In this document: one piece after another, positions 53,595 through 64,000 of the stretch
How positions within the stretch are numbered: position 1 is the first letter of the stretch
How the letters are laid out: each line of letters begins with the position of its first letter
DNA from: Orbicella franksi
Lineage: Eukaryota
DNA: 64,000 nt
Reading direction: 5' to 3'
Assembly (NCBI GenBank): GCA_964199315.1
Contig: OZ116708.1
Span: 23,250,001 to 23,314,000 of the forward strand
Translations under genes and position numbers: made by a program
Notes under the pieces: model-generated
The model's input: the letters and a program-made list of their open reading frames with translations, nothing else
Told to the model about the DNA's origin: nothing
The model's database searches: none

Positions 53595-53906
53595 TTATAA
53601 TATAACTGAGCTACTACGCGCGCTCTCATTGGTCGATAGGTGTGTGTTTAGATGAGAGTATGTAAACACGATTGTGACGTTTTAGATTCGCTCGTAGTTT
53701 AGAGAATTTTTTTTATAAAAGTAACAGAGCACTTTTTCCTTGCTTACATAGCCTCATCTAAACTTTCGGGGGTGGGAGAATTCCAGGCAGTTATATAAAT
53801 TCGAGACATGGTCGAGGGTTTCCATAACTTTCGAGAACTCTCCCAACCCCCCGAGTGTTTAAATGAGGTTATGTAAACACGAAAAAAGTGCTCTGTTGCT
53901 TAAATA
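53595..53906. mobile_element. Asymmetric element with a long subterminal hairpin (same architecture as 31520-31850, different sequence)
   Basis: Arms ~53722-53782 (aacagagcactttt...tacatagcctcat) and ~53834-53900 (atgaggttatgtaaac...aaaagtgctctgtt). Confidence 0.65.
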
Positions 53907-55665
53907 AGCCTATATAATTTGTATTTGATTGTGATGACTATCAAAACTTTGACTACATTACTTCTGGACAAATGATCTGATAGAGCGAAGTTAGGCAGTA
54001 TATTTCCTCCTTATTTTCCCGTCATAAGTCCGTTCTGAGGTATTCTCTTTATTGCAACACTTCGATCAACACTTTATTTACACACGTTACGCCTAAGAGC
54101 TAAAAAAGGAGTCAGGAGTGTTTGATAGGAGAGGAAAAACTGACCTTTTTTTAACGTAGCACGCGCCCTAACCACGTACATATATGAAGTAGAAACCGTA
54201 TAGTGACTAGCTGAGTTCAACTTGAACAAGAAGCTATTTCTCAGTGTTTCGTTTCCAGAAAGATATTCAAAGTCTGAGAAAGGCTGGGGTTTTGATATCT
54301 TGTGCATGAGAAGTCCTGGGGTGAGGGGAATATGTGGTTGCCAGAGCCTGGGGCTTTTCGTTCAGATGAGGTTTAGTACTTAACCTATTGTAAAAGAGCA
54401 AGGGCTAATTAATTTAAGTTACCTACACATGTATCAGTTATTACAGTCAACGCGCTTCGAAATGTATTTACTTGTGATACTTCACTTTGACTCTACCCTA
54501 GGGGAGGGGGATGCTCCCTTATATCGACTATAGGTATGGCCAGCGTCAGAGGAACATGTTTTTTTAAGACATTTTAGTCAGAAGTAGATTATCGATTTTG
54601 GTCATTTTGGTCTCAAACTGGATTTGGTTTTTGCACTCTAGTCTTGAATTAGGTATGTTTTTTAGACGAAGCCACTTTTTTCGTTACTATTGATAAGACC
54701 AGCAACTAAAGCCATTCACAATACCTTTAACATCATTCTGAACTAGAGAACTGCGGCAGGTCTGAAAGAGGGTATTAATTTAAGGGTCAGGCAATAAATA
54801 GGTTAGAAAAATCGCAGACTTTGGTCTTAAACAGGGTAAGTGTTTTGGAAAGCGGGCCACACAGCCCCGCCAAAGTTTTCAGAAATTCAAAGTATTGTGT
54901 GTGAGGCTAAATAAAGCTAAGGGGCAAAAGCATTTGACGCATAATTTTTCCATTTCTGTGCCGGGCAGTCCTTGATTCGAATGGATGCGGCACTCTTCGT
55001 TTCGTTGTCAGTGACGCAGTATATTTTTCTTTTCAAAAAGGACGGTTCATGTGTGACGACAGTTGTGCAATTATTCCTCCACTTTCGCTTGAATATTGTG
55101 AAGCTAAAATACAAATGCTATCGGTGTTTTCATGGAAACCAGCTCTTGAAATGCCGCGGTATGTCGAAATATAAATTTTCTTATTTTTAAAAGTGTGCTC
55201 TAAGAAGTAAAGCTACTGGAATTGTGGAGGAAAATTCGAGAAATTCAACTAAATCTGGAAAATGTCGACACCTACGATATGAAGAAAACCTCATAAAAAA
55301 GCCATATTGTGCCTATTTTGGAATATACCAACGTTAATTAAATTACAGTACGATGAATTGTTACCTTTCACAATATATCGTATCTGTTGTATCGTTCAAA
55401 CGCTCCAAGTGCGTGTTCTTTCCCGTAAACAGCCACAGTAATAAAGGGGCGGGATTGTTATTCCTGACAAGTGTTCTGACTGACCAAAATTATGTCGCCG
55501 TAGTTGTGGTCTTAATCACATTTAAATCAAGCACGGAAACAGATATCTTCGTTTCTCTAGAATACACCGTTTCAGTAAGACTTAGGAACATTTGAGTCGC
55601 CAATTATTTCTACCTGCATGACATTTTAATTTCTTTCCGTGTCACGAAATAAAATTTAGTTTCGA

Positions 55666-56630
55666 GAAGTTATTTTTGCTGAACATGTTTACCTTGTGAA
55701 TTACAAGGGTTACTGGCTGATAACATTCATACTCATACTCACTATGTCAATAAATCACTCTGAAACGGAAAACAGTACCATTTCTTTGTTGAACTAAACA
55801 AAACTAACTGCTTCCATGGGCTTAAAATATCGCATTGGTGGACAAATCGCGTGGTGTGGCGGTGCCGCTCTACTTCGAAAATATATTTCTTTTTCACTAT
55901 CACTATCAAGTCCACTTCGCAGTTTTCTTGTGTAAGATAATACCGAGAAACGAGAGTTTCACTACAATGTTGCAAATGACCCATTTTGTTGCGATGCACC
56001 CAGTTTTGGCTGAAATTTTGCCGCCGTATTTACATTAACAATTACAAACTTTACTCTGATTGGATATATACCCCCACTATGTAAATAGTTCACTCCTGAA
56101 CTGAAAATAATACCGTTTCGTTTCTGAGGAAACGAAACAACAAGTTATTTTTGTTGAACGTGCTTACCTTGTGAATTAAAATCGTTACTGGCTGATAACA
56201 TTCATACTCACTATTGCAATAAATCACTATGAAACGGAAAACAGTACCATTTCTTCGCTGAACTAACCAAAACGAACTGCTTCCATCGGTCTAAAATGTC
56301 GCATTAGTGGACAAATCGCGTGGTCTGGCGGTCTCTCTACCTCCAAAATAAACTTCCTTTTCACTATTACTATCCGAATAGAAGTCCAGTGTGTAGTTTT
56401 CTTGTGTATTTTAATAACGAGAAACGAGAGTTTCACTCGTAATTCTCCATTTTCGAATAAAGCAGAAATTGAAATGTTCGGAACGCCACATTTGTTGCGA
56501 TGACCGAATTTCCACCGTATTTACATTAACAATTACGAACTTTACTCTGATTTGATATTACAAATCACTATGTAAATAGTTCACCCCTGAACTGGAAACA
56601 ACGCCGTTTCGTTTCTGAGGAAACGAAACA
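55666..56630. repeat. Direct tandem duplication, two ~480-bp diverged units
   Basis: Units ~55666-56140 and ~56141-56630; both start aagttattttt.g.tgaac and end gtttctgaggaaacgaaacaa. Confidence 0.85.
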
Positions 56631-56900
56631 AAAAGCTATACAGTAGAACCTCCGGTTGCGACCACCTCTTGTAAGCGACCACCTCTCCTCAGCGACCAGT
56701 TTTCCAAAATACCAAAAGTTTCCGAGTCAAATCACTATATTTGGAACCTCTTGTAAGCGACCACCTCTCGTAAGCGACCGCGACCACTTTTAGAGCCAAA
56801 AGTCTGAAATTTTCTTTTGTTTTTAACCTCCCGTAAGCGATTACTTGACAAAGAATAGAGTCAAAATTGGATAATAAGGTGTTGTAACAATAGCGCAATA

Positions 56901-57073
56901 GAGCGTTTTCACTCACGTGGTCAGGAGCCATGCAAATTTATTGAAACAAAAGGAAGTGTTTACACAAGAAAAGAGTTCAGTTCACACAGGATTGGTTTGG
57001 TACACCAACATGGTCGCCATTTCATTGTTTTGGAACAACAACATGGCTGCCGTGACGTCATGTGAAAACGCTC
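56901..57073. mobile_element. TA-flanked MITE
   Basis: TA|gagcgttttcac ... gtgaaaacgctc|TA. Confidence 0.8.
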
Positions 57074-57139
57074 TATACTAAAGGTCTAGATAGCAGCAGA
57101 CATGTAAATATTTTAAGGAAAACGACCAATTTTTTAAGT

Positions 57140-57183
57140 TTGCAAGACATGTTTCGACAGAGCTTCTGTCATCTTCAGTTGAA
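57140..57183 (-). ncRNA. Second, identical hammerhead motif on the minus strand in the inverted pseudo-LTR copy
   Basis: Exact reverse complement of 58344-58387. Confidence 0.72.
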
Positions 57184-57202
57184 TGAATGATTACAAAGCA
57201 AG

Positions 57203-58255
57203 TTGAATAACCAAATTGATGGTGTGGCCATGGGGTCTCCCCTTGCTCCCGTATTAGCCAATCTTTTTATGGGGCATCATGAAAAACTATGGTTGGAGAA
57301 TTTTCAATGCTCTAAAATTTTATTTTATCGTAGGTATGTTGACGACACTTTTTGTTTATTTCACTCGGAGCACGATGCTGTTATATTTTTTGACTACATT
57401 AACTCTAGGCACCCCAACATAAGGTTTACTATGGAAAAAGAACTTAATCGCAAATTACCCTTTCTAGATGTTCTTATTGATAATAGTGACACTAATTCCT
57501 TCCTAACTAGGGTTTACCGTAAGAAAACCTTTACTGGGTTATTAACTAATTATTTTAGCTTCACCTCGTACTCATACAAAGTAGGTCTCATTAGGACTCT
57601 TGTTGACAGGGCCTACAAGATCAACAACACTTGGTTGGGGTTACACGAGGATATAACCAAGCTTACTGAAATTCTCAAAAAGAACCTTTTCCCTGCCCAT
57701 TTAATTGAAAAAGTGGTTAACCGTTACATCACTGGGACCCATAGCAATCATTGTCCCCGGGGCTACCCCCTTACCACCTCGCCCACGTTTTACTTTAAGC
57801 TGCCATACATAGGCCATTTTTCTGTCATCACTCAGAAGAAGATTCGACACTTAATCAAGCGCTATTGTAATGATTTAGACATCAAATTAGTTTTTTCTTC
57901 CTTCAAGATAGGTAACCTTTTTGGTGTGAAAGACCCTATCCCCGACGGGCTTCGTTCACGTGTGGTTTATAAGTTTACATGTGCGGGCTGTAATGCCTGT
58001 TATGTCGGCGAAACCTCCCGACATTTTTCCACACGCGTACGTGAGCACTTAGCCGTTGATAGGGCCTCTCACATCTTCAAACATCTTCAGAATTCTGAAC
58101 GTTGTCGCTCATTGTGTTCAATAGACTGCTTTCATATTTTAGATCACGCCACTACCAGCTTTCAACTCAAGATAAAGGAGGCTATTCATATTCAAAAAGA
58201 ACTACCTTCCCTCAATCAGCAATTACACCATGTAAATCTAAAATTATCCTTTTAA
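57203..58255 (+). CDS. Penelope-type reverse transcriptase (C-terminal part) + GIY-YIG endonuclease, N-terminally truncated
   Basis: QIDGVAMGSPLAPVLANLFM (RT motif B), YRRYVDDTF (YxDD), LPFLDV, YRKKTFTG, then VVYKFTCAGCNACYVGETSRHFSTRVREH (GIY-YIG with the PLE CxxC...H zinc motif). No internal stops. The listed start is a TTG inside the inverted repeat, not a true start; retroelement coding sequence begins at about 57211. Confidence 0.9.
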   Translation: MNNQIDGVAMGSPLAPVLANLFMGHHEKLWLENFQCSKILFYRRYVDDTFCLFHSEHDAVIFFDYINSRHPNIRFTMEKELNRKLPFLDVLIDNSDTNSFLTRVYRKKTFTGLLTNYFSFTSYSYKVGLIRTLVDRAYKINNTWLGLHEDITKLTEILKKNLFPAHLIEKVVNRYITGTHSNHCPRGYPLTTSPTFYFKLPYIGHFSVITQKKIRHLIKRYCNDLDIKLVFSSFKIGNLFGVKDPIPDGLRSRVVYKFTCAGCNACYVGETSRHFSTRVREHLAVDRASHIFKHLQNSERCRSLCSIDCFHILDHATTSFQLKIKEAIHIQKELPSLNQQLHHVNLKLSF

Positions 58256-58343
58256 CTTACACCTTTTCACGTTCTTGTTGTTACTATTTGTCTTAATTAG
58301 CATTTTTGCCTACTTATTATTCAACTTGCTTTGTAATCATTCA

Positions 58344-58387
58344 TTCAACTGAAGATGACAGAAGCTCTGTCGAAACATGTCTTGCAA
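58344..58387 (+). ncRNA. Minimal type I hammerhead ribozyme motif in the PLE 3' pseudo-LTR
   Basis: CTGAAGA (58349-55), extra T, stem II GACAGA-agc-TCTGTC (58357-71), GAAA (58372-75), 2-bp stem III within palindrome ACATGT, cleavage triplet GTC ending 58381, short stem I TTCAA / TTG(C)AA. Confidence 0.78.
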
Positions 58388-58434
58388 ACTTAAAAAATTG
58401 GTCGTTTTCCTTAAAAGCTCTATACTAAATAGTA

Positions 58435-58621
58435 CAGTGGAATCCCGCCTTACGACCACTCCATTAATACGACCACCTCGTTATTACGGCCACTTTATTC
58501 TGGCCCAAAAAAAGCTCAGTCAGTCATTTTCTTATTCAAAAAACATCTTTAATACGTCCACCCCGTTAATACGACCAATTTTCCATGGCCCGAAGGTGGT
58601 CGTATTAGCGGGGTTCCACAA
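58435..58621. mobile_element. pogo/Tigger-like MITE (CAGTGGAA TIR, TA TSD), copy 1
   Basis: TA|cagtggaatcccgccttacgaccac ... gtggtcgtattagcggggttccacaa|TA. Confidence 0.85.
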
Positions 58622-59474
58622 TACAAGAGACTGTTATTTCTCAATGGCAAGTGCACTATTGCTTCTCGAAACTGACTTTTGACATCAATAGAACATTTAA
58701 AACATTGAGTAAGTCTCTGCAGTTACCATACGCTAAAGAGGCAAAGTTTTCTCCCAATATGGTCTTAGCTCTCGTAAGCAACCACCTAGGCTTGACATTT
58801 TGGGTGGTCGCTAACGGGAGGTTTGACTGTAGTTGTAGAACCAACCTGTTTTAAAGAAAGGTACTGGATATCAAACAGGCGAACAAAAATGACAAGATCA
58901 TCTCACTAGGCAATTATGACTAGATTTACCAACGATTTCCCATAAGTAACCTTTTAATGCACAGAGAATATATAGATAGTGTATTTTGAAACATGAGACT
59001 GCCGGGTTATTATAAACCTTCCCGGGTTCTTCACCCTTTCTGATTTTGTACATGAAAATTGCCAATTCGTTAACCACTAGTAAACTGAAGTTACAAATGT
59101 AAAGGGTATCGGTACATTTGAATGGAAAACGTTTTCAGTTACCGAAAGTCTCAGTTCTTATCCTTCACCAAAGCCGAACATTGAAAAAGGCGAACGTACT
59201 TCGGGTGAATTAGACGTTACTAGAAAAATCCGTAGTTTTTCAACTTTTAGGCAGTAATAGCTGGTTTATTTTAAGGGTGCATGCAGACACGTGTACATGA
59301 AAGCATCGTCTGGCACGTAGAACGTATCTTAGAATGCGAAAAGAAAGATAAGTAAATTGGCCTTTCTATGAAGGCAAATAAATTATACAGTTATTTCACT
59401 TACAAATTATAAATCACAAAACACAACCCGCGCATAGCGTAAGTTAATTGAGGCGGGTATTGTAATAACTGATA

Positions 59475-59662
59475 CAGTGGAACCCCGGCTTACGACCACC
59501 CCATTAATACGACCACCTCTTTATTACGGCCACTTTATTCTGGCCCAAGGAAAAGCTCAGTCAGTCATTTTCTTTTTCAAAAAACATCTTTAATACGACC
59601 ACCCCGTTAATGCGACCAATTTTCCATGGCCCGAAGGTGGTCGTATTAACGGGGTTCAACTG
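59475..59662. mobile_element. Same MITE, copy 2
   Basis: TA|cagtggaaccccggcttacgaccac ... ggggttcaactg|TA. Confidence 0.85.
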
Positions 59663-61732
59663 TAATACATTAAGTCACAATAAAAAGAACGAATTAAATT
59701 AAATGAACAATCACAAAAGCAAGTACCGTACGATGAGTCGAGCTAATTATAATTAAGTAGGACTAATGATGCAAGGGATTGTAAAAAGACGGAGAAAGTT
59801 ATAATAAATACAGTCATGAGATACAATAATTATGGGTATTCAGTATCAAGACTAAAGAATGGGCCTTGATTTTTGCCTTGGTTTTCTCGCATTTATCTCG
59901 ACTTGTTAAGCGCACTATACTTGTGAGATGTATTTCAGCCATTTTGCCAGTCATCGAAGCGACTCAGCACTTGCAGCTGTGGTCTGATATCTTGATATCT
60001 ACTGATATCTCAATACTTGCGGCTTGCGGCTGTGGCCTGACATCTGAAATCCGGGGTGACGACACTTACAACTGAGTTTTCTCTGAAGCAATGTATAAGC
60101 TAATTTAACCTGTTTTTTTTTTTTTTTTTTTTTTGAAATAGTTTTTACACCCTTTGTTTCTTTTAAGGGATATATTTAATAAGAATATGGAAGTTGAAAT
60201 TTGCAGAATTTTAAGAATATTTTAAGAATAAACCCAAGGCTGAGATTTTCATTAAAAAGAATATAATCTTGTGTGTTGAAAATTTGTAAATAGGATACAA
60301 TTACATGATTTTCGACTAAACCGTATAAAATTCTTCCTTTCTCTAAACGGCAAAGCTAGCCGAAAGACAACAAAAAGAGCACTAACCGTATAACATTTCT
60401 GCCGCCATGTGTGTCAGGCTCAGGCCTTGTGGCCTGTAATTTGCGGTTTCAAAATTACTTCAACGCCATCAAAGTCATGATAGGACAGATAATCTGACGT
60501 CGTGTTGGCATAGTTCACTTTGTATTAATATTGCTAGAACCTAAGAATATTCACAAAAATATTTTCAGCCTAGAATCGGCAGAAAAATAAAAATATTCAA
60601 CCTGGGCCAGAAAATAATATCCTTAAAAAGGGTGTAACATTAATAAAGGCCACATGGCTTTTAACTATAATTAACTACTTTCGATCAAACTTGTTTTCTT
60701 TTCGCGTTAGCCCTACCCCATAGAGATGAATATTGATTTCATGCGTGTGTGAAATAAGTGATCTGAACAATAAAAAACACTTTCCAAAGTTTATTGGAGG
60801 TAACACCTGTTGAGAGGGAAATTGGTTAAAAATCAATGAAACGACAAAAGAATTGTCACGCAAAAGAACAATTGCGAGTTAGAATTTTCTTATCTCGAGC
60901 TTCTGCACTCAGGTGCTAAAAGAGCTTATAACAGAGAATTCATAACTTCACTTCACTTTTAGCCATAACTCCCTGGAGGTATTTAACCGAAAATTCTTCT
61001 TCGCCATGTCACTCGGTCACTTGAAAGCACTGCTGCCCCGCCCCACGACGTAAAACCATAGGCTGGAGTTGCTCTCAGCTTTTTACTAAGTTGTTGTGGA
61101 TTTACAATTGTCAACTTATACCAACAACTTTGATCGACCAGAGCTGAATTTGTAAAGAAAGGTTTTTGGATCCAGCTAAACTTGTTCTGTCTTCCTCTGG
61201 TGTTTCCCCTAGACGATTCGAGGTTTCTCTTCAACTCAGGGTTACTCGAAATAAATCAATGTTTGATTGCGAGTTTTCCTTTGTTTTAGAACCGTTAATA
61301 GCAAGTTGACACAGTAATGAAACCTACACGGTCATTAGCATTAGTAATAAACGAAAACGTTCTGGAACTTGAGCCTTAAAAGACGCCGATAAACTTGCAC
61401 TGACAGGTATGTAGCGGATTTAATGTTCTTTTGTTCATGTAGTCCGGGTGGTTGAGCAGCCTTTGAGTTCTTCAATTACCCCCAGGCGTGAAATAAAATA
61501 AAAAAGAAAAGCAACACCTTTTTTACAAATTTACCTGCCAGACGGGTAGACTACTCATTTTGACGAAAAGTAATATAAGAGTAAGCAAGCAGTCTTGGCC
61601 AAAAGATCTCTTTAACTCTTACTAACATCAGTACCAGAGCAAGACAGTTTAGGTAAGTAGACAAGAACTTAAAGTTGATAGAACTTTGCAGTCCTCAAAT
61701 CCCGTGAATTTTCTTCTCTTTTTTTCTCTTAA

Positions 61733-61900
61733 AGTAGCTATCTCACGATTTGAGCATCTTAAAAGGTTTAGTCTTAACTTTTCAAGCGTTGTTTGTAATC
61801 CGTGTTAATCTTCTCAGTTAACCATCCTTGTTCCTTTATGGTTTATTATTATCCGTTTGGTGTTTTTCTCTCTTAGTAAGCAACTATGTTCGGGTTTCCT
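61733..61900. mobile_element. Third (inverted, internally deleted) copy of the 18608 element
   Basis: ccatccttgttcctttatggtttatt is the reverse complement of the shared core; TTAA on both flanks. Confidence 0.65.
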
Positions 61901-61914
61901 TTAATTTGAAGGTA

Positions 61915-62103
61915 CAGTGGACCCCCTCCTTACGACCACTCCGTTAATACGACCACCTCGTTATTACGGCCACTTTATTCTGGCCCAAAGAAAAGCTCAG
62001 TCAGTCATTTTCTTATTTAAAAAAAACCCTTTAATACGACCACCCCGTTAATGCGACCAATTTTTCGTGACCCGAAGGTGGTCGTAGTAACGGGGTTCCA
62101 CTG
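61915..62103. mobile_element. Same MITE, copy 3
   Basis: TA|cagtggacccctccttacgaccac ... ggggttccactg|TA. Confidence 0.85.
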
Positions 62104-62658
62104 TAATTTTGTTCTTGGCCAAAATACCGTGACAGAGCCTTGTATTTCCTGGTTTAACGTTGACTTCAAAGCTCCTAGAATTTGATTGTAACATGTTATT
62201 ACATGTCTCATCACATGTCTACAAGACAATGCAGTACCACTGTATGGAGAATTTTGATATTGATATTTCGATTGATACCCAGTGATATTTCTGTCAGCGT
62301 GCCATAATAACAGTATCAGCATTAGACAAGAGACGTATATCATCGTCTCTTGCATTGGAACCGTCTATACCAATGTTATCAGTGCCCTGACTTATTATAA
62401 TGAGATAAAAGTACTCTTTGAAAAATAAGGCGTTTAATCCGGGATTTGCTGCAAGTAGTTATCCTGAACTGCCAGTGTACATAATACCACAGGTTATTTT
62501 CGGCTATTCCTTGAAAAATCGTTGAGGGTCTTGATGGGGGCAGTACTGAGGCACTAGAAATCTCATTTATCAATTAAATTTTTGGCGATCACTTGCAATC
62601 AGTTTAAATTTCACCCCATTTCTGAGCTCTCCGTAAATTTCGCAGTAGTCAAATCTCA

Positions 62659-62965
62659 GGTCCCGTCCTCATTACACCGGAGAAATTCAGTGAAAACGCA
62701 ACAATCACCGTTCATTTTGGATTTGCGTTTAAGGAAATCTCGGGCAGCCAAATCACATGATTATCGTTACCTCACTCGTTTTCGAAAAGCTCCGTTTTAA
62801 AAATGTCTTCCGTCCACACTAAAACTGAAAACGCAAAGCCGATGTTAATTGAAGAGCCGTTTTTGAAAAGCTCCGTTTTCGTGACGGATTAGTGTAGACG
62901 GTAGGCCTAACCGTAGAAATAAAGCTGCGTTTTACAAATTTCTCCCTTGTAGCGCGGACGGGGCC
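62659..62965. mobile_element. PIF/Harbinger-like MITE with 3-bp TCA target duplication
   Basis: TCA|ggtcccgtcctcattacaccggagaaatt ... aatttctcccttgtagcgcggacggggcc|TCA. Confidence 0.75.
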
Positions 62966-64000
62966 TCAGCTATCAATGAAAAAAGTGTTACTCATGCAGG
63001 GAAAACTGTTGGCATGACAGTTCATTCCGGCCGCTAATTAGCTAAACTCAATCCGCCTTAATCTTGTCGCTGATTCGACATTCTACATCGCTTTTTGCTT
63101 TCTAAGTATAGCTTTTCGTTTCTGTTAAGTTTCAAGCCTTTAATAATTTAATTTTAAGACCATTATTTAATTCGTATGTCAGGGCACGGCCCTTCAGATG
63201 TAAAACTAAATAACTTGGTTCAAAAGTGGTGTTAGAAACTGAAAACTAAAAGATAAATACTTGAACTAGGAGAGATATTTTTGCCAAAGGTAGTTCAAAC
63301 TTTTTAATCTGTGGGTCAGTGAAACCCTAGTGTGTGGCCATTCAGATGAAAGCTATTCAGCAGTACTATCATGTGGTACTGTTTACTACGCTGTTCAATG
63401 AGGTTCTATAGCATTGCTTTAGTCTTGTGGGTCAAACCTTATGCTGACTATAGACCTTATGTAACTGTTCAACAGAACGCTATCAACCGAGTCCAGTCAG
63501 GTTTGTTTTTCAACATGTTGCCAAATCAATTTAGAGATGCTTTACTCAGTTTTACACGAACACTTAGCACGTCCAGGCTTGGCCATGCAGAAGATAAATA
63601 TTAGCACAATCCATTAAATTATTTGTAAACATAAAGTAAATTTACACACGTGCCATGAAATAAGATAGCAACATCGGAAGTATCGTATTGTGTATGTGTC
63701 GTAGATATCCGGCGATATCAGAGCTTCGGGAAAAGTCTTGTAACCTTTCTAAACTTCCTGTTAAATTCCTAGGCGTACGTACGAGAATTAAACTGAAGGG
63801 TAAAAATTTGGAAATATGAATTCATCTTACAAAAAAAAAAACCGGTCAAACGAGTTCCTGGAAGCTTCACCGGATCAGAAAAAGTTGCCAAAAATAGGTT
63901 GGTGACGGTTTGAACTAGTCCGTGCAGCATAGCATTAACTCTTGAATATGTCATTTCTTATAAAATAAAACAAAATTTTAAGTTAGGACTCTTTTATTAT

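Larger units (their letters stand above)
57083..58416 (+). mobile_element. Penelope-like retroelement (PLE), 5'-truncated, with inverted pseudo-LTR copy at the 5' end
   Basis: RT plus GIY-YIG ORF; 57111-57210 is the exact reverse complement of 58317-58416; 13-bp direct repeat GCTCTATACTAAA flanks the insert (57070-57082 and 58417-58429). Confidence 0.93.
56641..58829. mobile_element. Probable outer TA-flanked CAGT-ended MITE split by nested insertions
   Basis: Left end TA|cagtagaacctccggttgcgaccacc (56641); matching right end gggtggtcgctaacgggaggtttgactg|TA (58829); shared (G)TAAGC(G/A)ACCAC sub-repeats in both halves. Confidence 0.55.

Noticed and set aside
57203-58255. Domesticated stand-alone RT gene
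   Set aside because: It lacks the N-terminal RT half and a real start codon, and has the flanks of a fresh insertion.
56641-62103. Repeated (T)ACGACCAC / AAGCGACCAC words resembling a CRISPR array
   Set aside because: They are subterminal repeats of MITEs, with no constant repeat-spacer periodicity, no cas genes, and a eukaryotic context.
59866-62573. ORFs 59866-60075, 60983-61234, 62017-62355 and 62379-62573
   Set aside because: Non-ATG or weak starts, no motifs, and one runs into a MITE; treated as chance ORFs.

Overview
AT-rich, intron- and repeat-rich animal genomic DNA. The repeat families suggest a cnidarian, probably a stony coral (inference). Two protein-coding genes can be rebuilt by hand. 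(1) MON2 on the minus strand: 32 GT-AG coding exons, 34783->13148, 1730 aa, frame intact. (2) A divergently oriented, short (198 aa) N-terminal ETS-domain transcription factor on the plus strand (41080-42582), with a TATA/Inr promoter carrying several ETS sites. The rest is mostly non-autonomous DNA transposons (Tc1/mariner-, PIF/Harbinger- and Kolobok-like), tRNA-headed SINEs and tandem repeats. The most striking object is a young, 5'-truncated Penelope-like retroelement (57083-58416; RT + GIY-YIG). It has a perfect 100-bp inverted repeat, each arm holding a minimal hammerhead ribozyme, and a 13-bp target duplication, and it sits inside a nest of MITEs. Paired repeat copies also reveal a CpG-decay (historical methylation) boundary inside MON2. 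No rRNA, tRNA or CRISPR array was found. All coordinates were read by hand; no searches were run.
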